Below, one piece after another: positions 45,954 to 56,008 of a DNA stretch of 64,000 nt. The stretch is taken from positions 16,390-80,389 of the forward strand of contig JAAZLE010000084.1 of assembly GCA_012799455.1 (NCBI GenBank), written 5' to 3'. Position numbers and translations under genes: made by a program. The notes under the pieces were generated by a model. The model was not told where the DNA came from and did no database searches. It was given only the letters and a program-made list of their open reading frames with translations. The stretch comes from Clostridiales bacterium (lineage in GTDB: Bacteria; Bacillota; Clostridia; Christensenellales; DTU072). Positions within the stretch are counted from its first letter, which is position 1, and every line of letters begins with the position of its first letter.

Positions 45954-48479
45954 TTGAATATATTGATTAAAAACACTTTTAGAAGTGTAGAAAGCAACAA
46001 AGGGCAAGTGCTAGTAATAGTTGTAACAATCATGGTCGTCACAGCTATGGTTTTTGTTGCTCTATCTATGTTCGATGTTTTTTATAACATAAATATGGCG
46101 GAGGCTAACAGGGTTGCTCAGGATTCTCATATGTTGCTAGGCAGAAACCACGCAAGCGATGAGTTTTTTAGCGAAGCAAGGGTTAGGAGTTTTGTTGATG
46201 AAAAGGATATATCCACATCGTTTTATTTTGCGAAATTTAATACGATATTAAAAACGGAAACAGAGTCCATAACAGTGCTTTTGGAGGCTACGGATCAAGA
46301 ATACTATTTTTCAAAAAGGCCACTTAATTATGTAGACGTTTTTAATGGGGACACCGAGGATGCAGACCTAAATTATCAGTTTATAGGCGGGTATAGCACT
46401 ATAATTATAGGGGAAAGTTTTGCTAAAAAGCACAATATATCTGCAGGAGCCCTAGTGGAAATATATATACCAACGTATAATCGCTATACGAAAATGGTTG
46501 TGGAATACATAGCAAAGAATGAAGGTATTTTTAGTTCACCTGCTGACAAAAATATTTTGACTGATTTTAACTCTATAGGCAATAACGGTCAGGTAAATGC
46601 CGTTTATTTTGACTTTAATAATCCAGATTTGTTTGAAAAATATGAAACTATTTTCGAAGAAAATTTTCCTGCAGTTAACGTTAGGGAAGGTAATAATAAA
46701 GAGCATGTGTTACAGATCGTTAGAAATAACACCACGTTATTGACAGTCGGTCTAGTTTTTTTAGTGGCCACATTAATGCTAATTCTTTCTACATCATACA
46801 TGATTATTGCTAGAAACAGGGCAGCAGAAATGATAATATTCAAAGCTGCAGGGGCGACACCGTTCCAAACCTCAATTATCATGTTGCTGGAAGTGTTCTT
46901 TTACGGCACTATAGGAGGTGGAGTAGGGCTGTTGCTTGGGAGGGCTGCTATGGGCCTAGCCGCTAAGATGCTAATACCCCTTGTTCATACAGCACTAAAT
47001 TATGCTTGGTGGAAATATGTCTTATCATTTTTAATCTCTATAATTGTAAGTGTTTTATCTACTATTGTACCCATACTATCAACGAGTAAAAAAACAATTA
47101 GAGAACTTACATCCCAATCTGAAAAGGTTGTCAATAAGTCAAAGATTACGTGGGTGATTGTTTTAAGCTTGCTTTTAGTTGCATTAGGAATAACATATTC
47201 GTTTTTGAGAGGGACTGCTTTGCTTATAATCGCACCAATATTAATCATAGTAATGATATTATGGGTTTATGTTGTTCTTCCCTATGCGATACAGTTGTTT
47301 TCAAGTCTAATTGGAAAAGTTTCACGATCGGGAAGCGGTCATCTTGCAAGTATTAGTTTGATTAGAAATAAAGCAGTTAATACAGTTGCTATGCTTGTAT
47401 CAATTGTTACGGTATTTTCATTTCTGGTTTTTCAAGTTGTATCATTAGTAAATACTGCCGTTATCCCATTCCGTACGAGATATAATGCCGACTTTGTAAT
47501 TAGTTCAGCATCAGAAAGTACAGAGACGCCTTATTTAGAAGTGAGAGATCAAATATCAAGTATTGATAAATTAGAGTTTGTAGGTTATTTCAACAACGTT
47601 AATTTTGTTGTCCCTGGCACTGAAGATAAGGAATGGACTTTATATGGCGTGGATACATTTGAAACACTAGAGCACTGTACAAGCGGATTGGAAAAAGTAA
47701 CTGCGACCACATGGGATTCAATAGAAAATGGGATTGTTCTATCAAGAGATATGTATATTAGGTTAGGTGTGCAAATAGGTGATGATATAGAAATTAGTCC
47801 TATAGCCCCAGACTTTTCAGAGGAAGTTTTTATTGCCAAGGTCGTTGGTATCGACAATACTGTTACGGAGTATGATAGGATTGGATATTGCAAGGTTTCG
47901 TATATTGAAAACATGACTTCGGGAGCCACATTCTTAATTACTGCGAAGCCAGGGGTTGATAAGCAAATGGCATTTATTGAACTTAGAAGAGTTGTTGAGG
48001 AATTTGAGAACAAAGAATTTTACGCTCTCACTTATAAAGAATGGGCGACTGGCAGTACTGATAATTTGGCAGGAATTGGTACGCTTTTGAAAATATTACA
48101 AGTGGCGGTTTATATAGTGGGGATTATGGGTGTTTTGAACATCTCAATTGTTACCGCAATTGACAGAAGAGATGAAATGAAGCTGTATAAAGTTGCTGGT
48201 ATGTCAAATGCAGATTATATGAAATTCTCCTTATTCGAAGGGTTCAATGTAGCTGTTGCAGGCGGGCTTATAGGCTTTATAATGAGTTGGTTTGTTAATC
48301 TAATTATGCCGACATTTAGTTCTTTAATTGACCGATTTACCTCTATTAAATATTTCCCGCTTTCTTTACCCATTATATTCATTTCTAGCCTGTTGTTATT
48401 TACTTTGGTTTGGCTACTTATAGCTAGGGCAAGTAGGGGGAAAATTCATATGACATTTAACGAAAGAATTTTACTATAG
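45954..48479 (+). CDS. FtsX/MacB-family ABC permease, duplicated (about 10 TM, two extracytoplasmic domains)
   Basis: TTG start with GAGGAA upstream. Layout is TM1, a ~215-aa loop, three TMs, further TMs, a ~190-aa loop, then three TMs (...KVAGMSNADYMKFSLFEGF... is the FtsX signature region). Confidence 0.8.
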   Translation: MNILIKNTFRSVESNKGQVLVIVVTIMVVTAMVFVALSMFDVFYNINMAEANRVAQDSHMLLGRNHASDEFFSEARVRSFVDEKDISTSFYFAKFNTILKTETESITVLLEATDQEYYFSKRPLNYVDVFNGDTEDADLNYQFIGGYSTIIIGESFAKKHNISAGALVEIYIPTYNRYTKMVVEYIAKNEGIFSSPADKNILTDFNSIGNNGQVNAVYFDFNNPDLFEKYETIFEENFPAVNVREGNNKEHVLQIVRNNTTLLTVGLVFLVATLMLILSTSYMIIARNRAAEMIIFKAAGATPFQTSIIMLLEVFFYGTIGGGVGLLLGRAAMGLAAKMLIPLVHTALNYAWWKYVLSFLISIIVSVLSTIVPILSTSKKTIRELTSQSEKVVNKSKITWVIVLSLLLVALGITYSFLRGTALLIIAPILIIVMILWVYVVLPYAIQLFSSLIGKVSRSGSGHLASISLIRNKAVNTVAMLVSIVTVFSFLVFQVVSLVNTAVIPFRTRYNADFVISSASESTETPYLEVRDQISSIDKLEFVGYFNNVNFVVPGTEDKEWTLYGVDTFETLEHCTSGLEKVTATTWDSIENGIVLSRDMYIRLGVQIGDDIEISPIAPDFSEEVFIAKVVGIDNTVTEYDRIGYCKVSYIENMTSGATFLITAKPGVDKQMAFIELRRVVEEFENKEFYALTYKEWATGSTDNLAGIGTLLKILQVAVYIVGIMGVLNISIVTAIDRRDEMKLYKVAGMSNADYMKFSLFEGFNVAVAGGLIGFIMSWFVNLIMPTFSSLIDRFTSIKYFPLSLPIIFISSLLLFTLVWLLIARASRGKIHMTFNERILL

Positions 48480-48637
48480 AGTTGTAAGCAATAAGTAGTA
48501 ATTCAGCTTCTTTAAGTGGTATTTCATTGATTATATGCACGTATTATGTTAAAATTTTGGAAATTAATTTATTAATTAAACAAACTTTAATGAGGTTTTG
48601 CTACTTTAATGAGTTTATAGCAAATGAGGAGATGTTG

Positions 48638-49870
48638 ATGAAAACTAATGTGATGGACGTCTTAAAAGATAGAGGTTTTATAAAGCAACTTGTATATGAG
48701 AACGAACTTTATGAGCGGCTAGGAAAAGAAAGCGTGTCTTTTTATGTCGGGTTTGATCCTACTGCAGACAGTTTACATATAGGACATTTTGTTGCGCTTA
48801 TGGGGATGCGACATATGCAGCAAGCAGGACATAAGCCCATTATCTTATTGGGAGGTGGGACTGCTATGGTGGGAGATCCATCGGGAAGGACTGACATGCG
48901 TAGCATGATGACAAAAGAAACGATAGAAAGAAACATTAAATGTTTCCAAAAACAGATGTCGCGATTTCTTGATTTTACTGGCGAAAACGCTGCTATTATG
49001 GTTAATAATGCCGATTGGCTACTAAATCTCAATTATGTAGAATTTATAAGAGATATTGGCGCACATTTTTCCGTTAATAGGATGCTAACAGCGGAATGTT
49101 TTAAGTCTCGCTTAGAAAAAGGACTATCATTTCTAGAATTTAATTATATGCTCATGCAGGCATACGATTTTTTAGTACTATTTCAAAAGTATGGATGTAG
49201 ATTACAGTGTGGTGGAGATGACCAATGGTCGAATATTTTAGCTGGTGCAGACTTAATTAGGAGAAAAGAGCAAGAAGCCGCATATGCCATGACCTTCCAG
49301 CTTCTATTGACATCAGAGGGAGTAAAAATGGGTAAGACTGTGAAAGGTGCGCTATGGTTAGATGAAACCAAGACGTCCCCATATGAGTTTTATCAATATT
49401 TTAGGAACATAGATGACAATGATGTGGAAACGTGTATGAGGTTGTTAACCTTTTTACCATTAGATGAAATTGAGAATTTAACTTCATGTTATGTAGAAAA
49501 AGATGGCGTTAGACATTATGATAAGGCCATTAATATAGCAAAAGAAAAGTTGGCATTTGAGGTAACAAAAATTGTTCATGGAGAAGAAAGTGCCAAAGAA
49601 GCGGAAACATTATCAAAAGGCGCTTTTGGCGATGGCGATGAAATGCCTTCGCAGACTATACCAGCAGGCATGAATAGTTTGGTAGATATCATGCTAGAAA
49701 TCAACGTCGCAAAAAGCAAAGGAGAGGCAAGGAGACTTATAAACGGTGCTGGTGTAAAAATTGATAACATCACGGTAACGGATTCTGACATTGAAATATC
49801 CGATGAAGATTTGGAAAAAGGTGTTGTAATTTCAAAGGGGAAAAAGACGCACATAAGAGTAACCATATAG
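48638..49870 (+). CDS. tyrS: tyrosyl-tRNA synthetase
   Basis: SLHIGHF (HIGH), KMGKT (KMSKS) and a C-terminal S4-like domain. The ATG at 48638 lies 6 nt after GAGGAG. The ORF-track start at 48527 is an upstream extension. Confidence 0.93.
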   Translation: MKTNVMDVLKDRGFIKQLVYENELYERLGKESVSFYVGFDPTADSLHIGHFVALMGMRHMQQAGHKPIILLGGGTAMVGDPSGRTDMRSMMTKETIERNIKCFQKQMSRFLDFTGENAAIMVNNADWLLNLNYVEFIRDIGAHFSVNRMLTAECFKSRLEKGLSFLEFNYMLMQAYDFLVLFQKYGCRLQCGGDDQWSNILAGADLIRRKEQEAAYAMTFQLLLTSEGVKMGKTVKGALWLDETKTSPYEFYQYFRNIDDNDVETCMRLLTFLPLDEIENLTSCYVEKDGVRHYDKAINIAKEKLAFEVTKIVHGEESAKEAETLSKGAFGDGDEMPSQTIPAGMNSLVDIMLEINVAKSKGEARRLINGAGVKIDNITVTDSDIEISDEDLEKGVVISKGKKTHIRVTI

Positions 49871-49906
49871 AGAGGTGCGCTTATACTAGTAGTCCAATAA
49901 GGGCTG

Positions 49907-50569
49907 ATGGTAATAAAAATGAGAGATTATCGAACTGTAAAAGCTGAAATAGAGGCAACTCTTGAATTAAAAAGAAGTAAGTTTATTTGCAGCATTTTAC
50001 CAGTTAATGATGTTGTAGAAGGATTGGAATACCTGAAAACAATAAAAAAGAGATATCCTGGCGCAACACATTATTGTTATGCAATTATAGGTAAGCCTGG
50101 AAGTAATGAGGAAAAAGTATCAGATGATGGAGAACCATCTGGTACAGCTGGCGCCCCAATTAAGAGTGTTTTGAATACACTAAGTCTAGAAGGAATTGCA
50201 TGTATAGTAACTAGGTATTTTGGGGGTATAAAATTAGGTGCTCCAGGATTAATATCAGCATATTCAAACGCGGTTTCAAATTGCTTAAATGAGGCGGAAT
50301 TTGTTAACGTAATATGGGCGAGAACATATGAGATAAAAATTGGATATTCTGAACTAGATGCGATAACGAGAAGGTTTGCTAGTGAAGGAATTGCGCTAGA
50401 AGATATACAGTACGGCGAAAATATAACACTTATTGCAGGCGTTCCGGTAGAATTGGAAGAAAATCTTTATTCGATTGTTAATAACTATACGATGGGAAGA
50501 GGACTGCTTAAACCATTAGTACACAAATACACAATTATAAATGAAGGAGAAAAAAATGAAAATAACTAA
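49907..50569 (+). CDS. YigZ / IMPACT-family protein (UPF0029)
   Basis: ATHYCYAI...SDDGEPSGTAGAPI...VTRYFGGIKLG signature. The start could instead be 49919. Confidence 0.8.
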   Translation: MVIKMRDYRTVKAEIEATLELKRSKFICSILPVNDVVEGLEYLKTIKKRYPGATHYCYAIIGKPGSNEEKVSDDGEPSGTAGAPIKSVLNTLSLEGIACIVTRYFGGIKLGAPGLISAYSNAVSNCLNEAEFVNVIWARTYEIKIGYSELDAITRRFASEGIALEDIQYGENITLIAGVPVELEENLYSIVNNYTMGRGLLKPLVHKYTIINEGEKNENN

Positions 50570-51611
50570 AACAACAATGCCGAAATCAAAACCACCAGTA
50601 GATAAATTAGGTTTTGGAAAGTATTTTACGGATCACATGTTAATTATGGATTTTGAAGATGGGAAATGGAAGGAGCCAGAGATTGTACCATATGCGCCTT
50701 TCGCGATGGATCCCTCAACAAGTATACTACACTACGGCCAAGGCATTTTTGAAGGGCTAAAAGCGTACAAAAATAAAGAAGGAAAAATTACACTCTTTCG
50801 CGCCTTAGACAATTTTAAGAGGATGAACAATGGTTGTGCGAGAATGTGCATGCCGAAATTAGATATAGATGTAGTATACAACGCATTGGTAGAATTGATT
50901 CTATTAGAGAAAGATTGGATTCCTACAGATCCTGGTACTTCGCTATATATCAGACCAACATTAATAGCAACAGACACTCAATTAGGAGTTAGTTCTGGGA
51001 CTAAATATAGATTTTTTATAATTCTTTCGCCTGTAGGTTCTTACTATAGCACAGGTTTAAAACCAACTAAGATATTGATTGAAGATAAGTATGTAAGGGC
51101 TCCGCTTGGGGGTACTGGCGAGGTTAAGTGCATGGGAAATTACGCGGCTTCATTGCTCTCAGGAGACATAGCAAAAAAGAAAGGCTATTCACAGGTTTTG
51201 TGGATGGATTCAAACGAACATAAATATGTTGAAGAGGTTGGGGCTATGAATATGTTTTTTGTTTTTGATGGCGTTGTAAAAACGCCAGCGCTAGTAGGCT
51301 CCATACTTCCAGGCATAACAAGAGACAGTGTGATAAAAATATTAAAATCAGAGAATATACCTATTGAAGAAACTAGAATTTCCATAGATGATATTAAAAA
51401 AGGTTTTGAAAATGGAACTCTAAATGAAGCATTTGGAACTGGTACAGCAGCCGTGGTTTCTCCTGTAGGGGTACTAGGCTTTAATGGTAAAGATTTTGAA
51501 ATAAATAGTGGTAAAATGGGGAAAATAACGGAATATTTGTATGACAGACTAACTGGGATACAAGTAGGCAGATATCCCGATCCGTTTGGATGGGTCATCC
51601 CAATAAACTAA
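50556..51611 (+). CDS. ilvE: branched-chain amino acid aminotransferase (class IV)
   Basis: FGKYFTDHM, YGQGIFEGLKAY, GEVKCMGNYA (PLP Lys) and GITRDS motifs. GGAG lies upstream of the ATG at 50556. The gene overlaps the yigZ-like 3' end by 14 nt. Confidence 0.9.
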   Translation: MKITKTTMPKSKPPVDKLGFGKYFTDHMLIMDFEDGKWKEPEIVPYAPFAMDPSTSILHYGQGIFEGLKAYKNKEGKITLFRALDNFKRMNNGCARMCMPKLDIDVVYNALVELILLEKDWIPTDPGTSLYIRPTLIATDTQLGVSSGTKYRFFIILSPVGSYYSTGLKPTKILIEDKYVRAPLGGTGEVKCMGNYAASLLSGDIAKKKGYSQVLWMDSNEHKYVEEVGAMNMFFVFDGVVKTPALVGSILPGITRDSVIKILKSENIPIEETRISIDDIKKGFENGTLNEAFGTGTAAVVSPVGVLGFNGKDFEINSGKMGKITEYLYDRLTGIQVGRYPDPFGWVIPIN

Positions 51612-51626
51612 AAGACAAAAATGAAG

Positions 51627-51649
51627 TCGCAACCAGCTAAAGGTTGCGA
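51627..51649 (+). terminator. stem-loop after ilvE (weak terminator candidate)
   Basis: TCGCAACC-AGCTAAA-GGTTGCGA, an 8-bp stem followed by only TTAT. Confidence 0.35.
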
Positions 51650-51673
51650 TTATCATATAGGACAACAGAATTT

Positions 51674-52294
51674 ATGGAATTAAGCCAAATTAGCGTAAAA
51701 AAAATTAAATACTTGAAAAATCTTGCCGAAATAACAACGGCAGATCAGCAGGTTTATAAAAATATAAACATTGAGGCTTTGCATAAATTTTCCATTAAAG
51801 AAGGAGATGTAGAAAAGAAACATTTTGATGAATTTTTGCTTGAAAACGAAAAGCTGAACGCAAAAATCTTCTTGATAAGATCTCTTAGTAGGTCTCCAAA
51901 AACAGAAAAGATGGCCAGACAAAAACTTCATGAAAAAGGCTTTCGCAAAAAAGCTATTGATTATGCTATTTCGTTCGCTCTTGAATATGGTTTTATAAAT
52001 GATGAGAAATATGCTAATGAATATAGCTCGGTATCCACATCAAATAAGGGTGAATACAGAATCAGATTTGAGATGATGCAAAAAGGTTTAAGCGAAGAGG
52101 AGATTGAAAACGCATTAAAAAAGATAGATGAGCAAGAATATATCGATGCTGCCGAACGGCTTGCAATTAAATATATGAAAGGAAAGGAAGTTAATAAGAA
52201 AAATTACGAAAGGCTTTGTAGGTATTTAATATCTAGAGGTTATAGTTTCGACTTAGTTAAAAAAATTGCGGAACCTTTCTTTTCCAGTACATAA
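51674..52294 (+). CDS. recX: RecX-family regulatory protein
   Basis: Repeated three-helix pattern (ARQKLHEKGFRKKAIDYAISFALEYGFINDEKYANEY...LISRGYSFDLV). The start is uncertain: the ORF-track TTG at 51644 lies inside the upstream hairpin. Confidence 0.65.
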   Translation: MELSQISVKKIKYLKNLAEITTADQQVYKNINIEALHKFSIKEGDVEKKHFDEFLLENEKLNAKIFLIRSLSRSPKTEKMARQKLHEKGFRKKAIDYAISFALEYGFINDEKYANEYSSVSTSNKGEYRIRFEMMQKGLSEEEIENALKKIDEQEYIDAAERLAIKYMKGKEVNKKNYERLCRYLISRGYSFDLVKKIAEPFFSST

Positions 52295-52328
52295 AGATTT
52301 GTTTGGGCATATTGAATTAAAAGCAGTT

Positions 52329-52370
52329 CATAATGGCGAGGGTTTTCGCCATTATGATTTTATGTATTTT
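52329..52370 (+). terminator. intrinsic terminator after recX
   Basis: An 11-bp stem, CATAATGGCGA/TCGCCATTATG, with a 6-nt loop, followed by ATTTTATGTATTTTT. Confidence 0.8.
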
Positions 52371-52628
52371 TGCGTAGCTATGGATACTAAATTTTGTAAA
52401 TAAATGATTTAAAACCGAAATGACTAAAATTAGAGCCCACTGTGATAAATTCTATTCCTAGTTTTTAGTTCTACAAATACGGTCAATCTATACTAGGTTT
52501 TTTATATTAAATGAAGAATGTTAGCATAACGGTCGTTATTGCTTAGTATTAAATACATTTAGTTTACATGTTTTAATAATATGTGTTATTCTTATGTTTA
52601 ATGCGATAATGATATGTGTGAGGCGAAA

Positions 52629-54578
52629 ATGAAAGACAAAAAGTACTATGTTACGACACCAATTTACTACAGTAGTGGAAGTTTTCACTTGGGTCACTGT
52701 TATACGACAGTTATATGTGACGCTTTATGTCGGTTTAAAAGACTTGAGGGTTACGACGTGTTTTATCTTACTGGGACTGATGAACATGGACAAAAGGTTG
52801 CAGAAAGGGCGATGCAAGCTGGTAAGACCCCACAAGAATTTGTAGATGTTTTATATGATCAAATTACCAAATTATGGGATCTTTTGGGAATTAAGTATGA
52901 TAAATTTATTCGTACTACTGATGCCTATCACGTAAAAGCGGTTCAAGAAATTTTCAAAAAATTGTATGCAAAAGGCGATCTTTATAAGAGTGAATATGAG
53001 GGATTATATTGCACTCCATGTGAAAGTTTTTGGACGGAAGCACAGCTAGTTAATGGTAAGTGCCCTGACTGTGGAAGAGATGTTTCTATGTCTAAGGAAG
53101 AAAGCTATTTCTTTAGACTCAGTAACTATCAAGACCGGTTAATAGAACATATCAAGTCCAATCCTGATTTTTTGTTGCCTCAAAGTCGTGCAAATGAGAT
53201 GATTAACAATTTCTTGAAGCCCGGACTTAAAGACTTATGTGTTAGCAGAACGAGTCTAAAATGGGGAGTCCCTGTGACATTTGATCCTAATCACGTGGTT
53301 TATGTTTGGATAGATGCACTTTCCAACTATATTACAGCTCTAGGATATTTGAGTGACGATACAAGTCTATTTGATAGATATTGGCCAGCAGATATTCATA
53401 TGGTGGGAAAAGAGATTGTTAGGTTCCATTCAATTATTTGGCCAGCGATTCTAATGGCACTCGATTTGCCTTTACCCAAACAAGTTTATGGTCACGGTTG
53501 GCTTTTATTTGAAGGCGACAAAATGAGCAAATCTAAGGGCAATATTACTGACCCATTCGATCTTTGTGCTCATTATGGCGTGGATGCATTAAGATATTTT
53601 TTACTTCGAGATGTGCCGTTTGGCTCGGATGGTGTATATACAAACAGGTCGTATTTAACGAGATATAATAGTGATTTGGTTAATGATTTAGGTAATCTTG
53701 TTAGTAGAACGACAGCGATGCTCATACAAAACTTTGATGGTATTTTACCCGCAAACGATACTCCAGCGGAATTAGATAACGAGCTTATCCAAATGACAAA
53801 TGATTTATATGTTTCAGTAGTCAAAGATATGAACGAACTTAAAGTTCAAAATGCGTTAATAAGTATTTTTCAAGTTGTGCAAAGAGCAAATAAATACATA
53901 GATGAGACAAAACCGTGGGTTCTTGCCAAAGAGTCTGAAAATAAAGGACGTCTTGGAACTGTTTTATATAACCTAGCTGAAACGATAAGGATAGTGGCGG
54001 TATATTTATCAGCATTTTTAGTGGAGGCACCAGAACAAATTTTAAAATGTTTTGGGGAAGGGTTACCGAAGTTGTTTGAAAATGAAGTTGTTTTCGGTAA
54101 ACTTAAGCCTGGAATTCATGTAAGCAGAACTGAGAAACAATTATTTCCAAGGGTTAATATCGAAAAGGAGTTAATTGCTATGGAGGATAGATTGCTTTCA
54201 TTACAAAAAGAGCCTAAGCATGAACAACTAGAAACAACAACTGAAGTGAAGGAAGAAATTAATATTGAAACTTTTGCAAAAGTTGAGTTAAAAACAGGGA
54301 AAATATTAGATTGCGAAAAGCTTCAAAATAGCAATAAATTATTGAAATCCACAGTGCAAATTGGAAACGAAACTAGAACCATAGTGAGTGGTATTGCCAA
54401 GTATTATTCACCAGAAGAAATGAAAGGTAAGGACGTGGTCGTGGTAACAAATTTAAAACCTGCTAAATTGGGTGGTGTAGTTAGCGAAGGTATGTTGCTT
54501 TGTGCTGAGGATACTAGTGGTAATGTAGTGCTTCTCAGCCCTGAAAAGGCCATTGACAGTGGAAGTAAGATTTCGTAG
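52629..54578 (+). CDS. metG: methionyl-tRNA synthetase with C-terminal tRNA-binding (EMAP/Trbp111-like) domain
   Basis: HLGH (HIGH), KMSKS, a zinc knuckle CTPCESF...CPDCG, and a C-terminal VELKTGKIL...VTNLKPAKLGGVVSEGMLL segment. Confidence 0.95.
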   Translation: MKDKKYYVTTPIYYSSGSFHLGHCYTTVICDALCRFKRLEGYDVFYLTGTDEHGQKVAERAMQAGKTPQEFVDVLYDQITKLWDLLGIKYDKFIRTTDAYHVKAVQEIFKKLYAKGDLYKSEYEGLYCTPCESFWTEAQLVNGKCPDCGRDVSMSKEESYFFRLSNYQDRLIEHIKSNPDFLLPQSRANEMINNFLKPGLKDLCVSRTSLKWGVPVTFDPNHVVYVWIDALSNYITALGYLSDDTSLFDRYWPADIHMVGKEIVRFHSIIWPAILMALDLPLPKQVYGHGWLLFEGDKMSKSKGNITDPFDLCAHYGVDALRYFLLRDVPFGSDGVYTNRSYLTRYNSDLVNDLGNLVSRTTAMLIQNFDGILPANDTPAELDNELIQMTNDLYVSVVKDMNELKVQNALISIFQVVQRANKYIDETKPWVLAKESENKGRLGTVLYNLAETIRIVAVYLSAFLVEAPEQILKCFGEGLPKLFENEVVFGKLKPGIHVSRTEKQLFPRVNIEKELIAMEDRLLSLQKEPKHEQLETTTEVKEEINIETFAKVELKTGKILDCEKLQNSNKLLKSTVQIGNETRTIVSGIAKYYSPEEMKGKDVVVVTNLKPAKLGGVVSEGMLLCAEDTSGNVVLLSPEKAIDSGSKIS

Positions 54579-54585
54579 GAATGCA

Positions 54586-55344
54586 ATGATAATAGATACT
54601 CATGCCCACTTAAATGATGATAGACTAATCGATAGTGTGGAAAACATAATTAAAGACATGCATAGTGATGGATTAGAAGCCATTATCAATGTTGGGTATG
54701 ATTTAAAATCATCGGAAGTGGCTTTCACTCAAGCTAACATTTATGAGAATCTATATGCAACTATAGGAATTCATCCTCATGATAGTGCCAGAAAAGGGAA
54801 AAATGATTATGAAAAATTTACTGAAATGGCAAAGAGCAACAAGGTGGTTGCTTTTGGAGAAATTGGACTAGATTTCTATTACGATAGAAGTGAAAGAAGT
54901 ATACAAGAAAAAGTGTTTAAAGAACAGCTAGAATTAGCAGATTATTTAAAACTACCAGTTGTCTTACATATAAGAGATGCATATCAATTAGCTTATGATA
55001 TCCTTAAGGAAGCATCTAAATGGCTTAATAATGGAGTTGTTCTTCATTGTTACAGCGGAAGTGCGGAGATGGCAAAAAGGTTTGCTGACTTTGATGCATA
55101 TTTTAGTTTTGGTGGAGCGATAACATTTAAGAATTCTAATAAGGAAGAAGTTGTAAATGTTATAAACAAGGATAGGTTATTACTTGAAACAGACTGTCCA
55201 TATATGACTCCACACCCATTTAGGGGAAAAACTAATTACCCAAAATACATAAAGCTTGTAGCACAGAAAATGCAAGAATGGTTTCCAAATATAAATATAC
55301 CTGCCTTAACAACAAATAATGCTAAAAGAGTTTTTAGGATATAG
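54586..55344 (+). CDS. tatD: TatD-family metal-dependent hydrolase/DNase
   Basis: MIIDTHAHL, GEIGLDFYY, VLHIRDA and ETDCPYM motifs. Confidence 0.9.
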   Translation: MIIDTHAHLNDDRLIDSVENIIKDMHSDGLEAIINVGYDLKSSEVAFTQANIYENLYATIGIHPHDSARKGKNDYEKFTEMAKSNKVVAFGEIGLDFYYDRSERSIQEKVFKEQLELADYLKLPVVLHIRDAYQLAYDILKEASKWLNNGVVLHCYSGSAEMAKRFADFDAYFSFGGAITFKNSNKEEVVNVINKDRLLLETDCPYMTPHPFRGKTNYPKYIKLVAQKMQEWFPNINIPALTTNNAKRVFRI

Positions 55345-55940
55345 TGATGAACAATACATATACGTACAAAATAGGAAACAAAACATACATTAACCTGACA
55401 AATAAGTGCAGTAATTGTTGTGATTTTTGCATTAGATCAACAGATGATTTTCATGCATTAGACTTATGGTTGAGAAAGGAACCTACTGCAGAGGAGGTAA
55501 TTTCTTCGTTTGAGGACTTAGAGAGTTCGGATGAAGAAGTAGTTTTTTGTGGATATGGTGAGCCGACTTATAAAATGGCTGAAATTATTAAAATTTCTAA
55601 ATATTTACACTCCAAAAACAAAAAAGTTAGGTTAAATACAAACGGTCAAGCAGAGCTGCTGTTTGGTGGAAATGTAGCGAAACAGTTAAGCGGAGTAATA
55701 GATGCAATAAACATTTCTCTCAATGCTGTAACTAGAGAAAAATATAATGCTCTTTGTCACCCACTAGATGGTGAAAACGCATTTGAAGCTATTTTAGAAT
55801 TTGCAAGAGAGTGTAAAAAATACATTCCAGAAGTCACGCTTTCTGTGGTAGACGTAATTAGTGTAGAAGATCAAAGAAAAGCAAAAAAAATCGCAAATGA
55901 TTTAGGAGTTGGCTTAAGAATCAGAAAATATGAAAAATAG
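55344..55940 (+). CDS. small radical SAM protein of the TatD-associated type
   Basis: CX3CX2C cluster motif C-SNC-C-DF-C near the N-terminus. ~198 aa. GTG/ATG start overlaps the tatD stop (TAGTGATG). The gene sits directly downstream of tatD. Confidence 0.75.
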   Translation: MMNNTYTYKIGNKTYINLTNKCSNCCDFCIRSTDDFHALDLWLRKEPTAEEVISSFEDLESSDEEVVFCGYGEPTYKMAEIIKISKYLHSKNKKVRLNTNGQAELLFGGNVAKQLSGVIDAINISLNAVTREKYNALCHPLDGENAFEAILEFARECKKYIPEVTLSVVDVISVEDQRKAKKIANDLGVGLRIRKYEK

Positions 55941-56008
55941 TTTTGTTGATAAATGATGATTCCTTGTTGAGCAGTGGAGAAGTTATATTACAAAATTAGG
56001 AGAAATAT

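Noticed and set aside
35898-48637. Long N-terminal extensions in ORF-track coordinates: 35898, 36664, 37683, 40604, 43243 and 48527 here, plus 12007, 20957, 31083, 50541, 51644, 52614, 54553, 61374 and 63180 elsewhere
   Set aside because: In each case an internal ATG has a strong SD at correct spacing and yields an N-terminus collinear with the known family. The extensions overlap upstream genes, terminators or promoters.
52371-52628. A possible riboswitch or sRNA in the 330-nt recX-metG spacer (hairpin CCTAGT...ACTAGG + TTTTTT at ~52456-52507; AGCATAACG/CGTTATTGCT at ~52521-52545)
   Set aside because: The stems are short, A/T-rich and have large loops. I recognise no conserved riboswitch core (S-box, T-box). 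This cannot be supported without comparative data.
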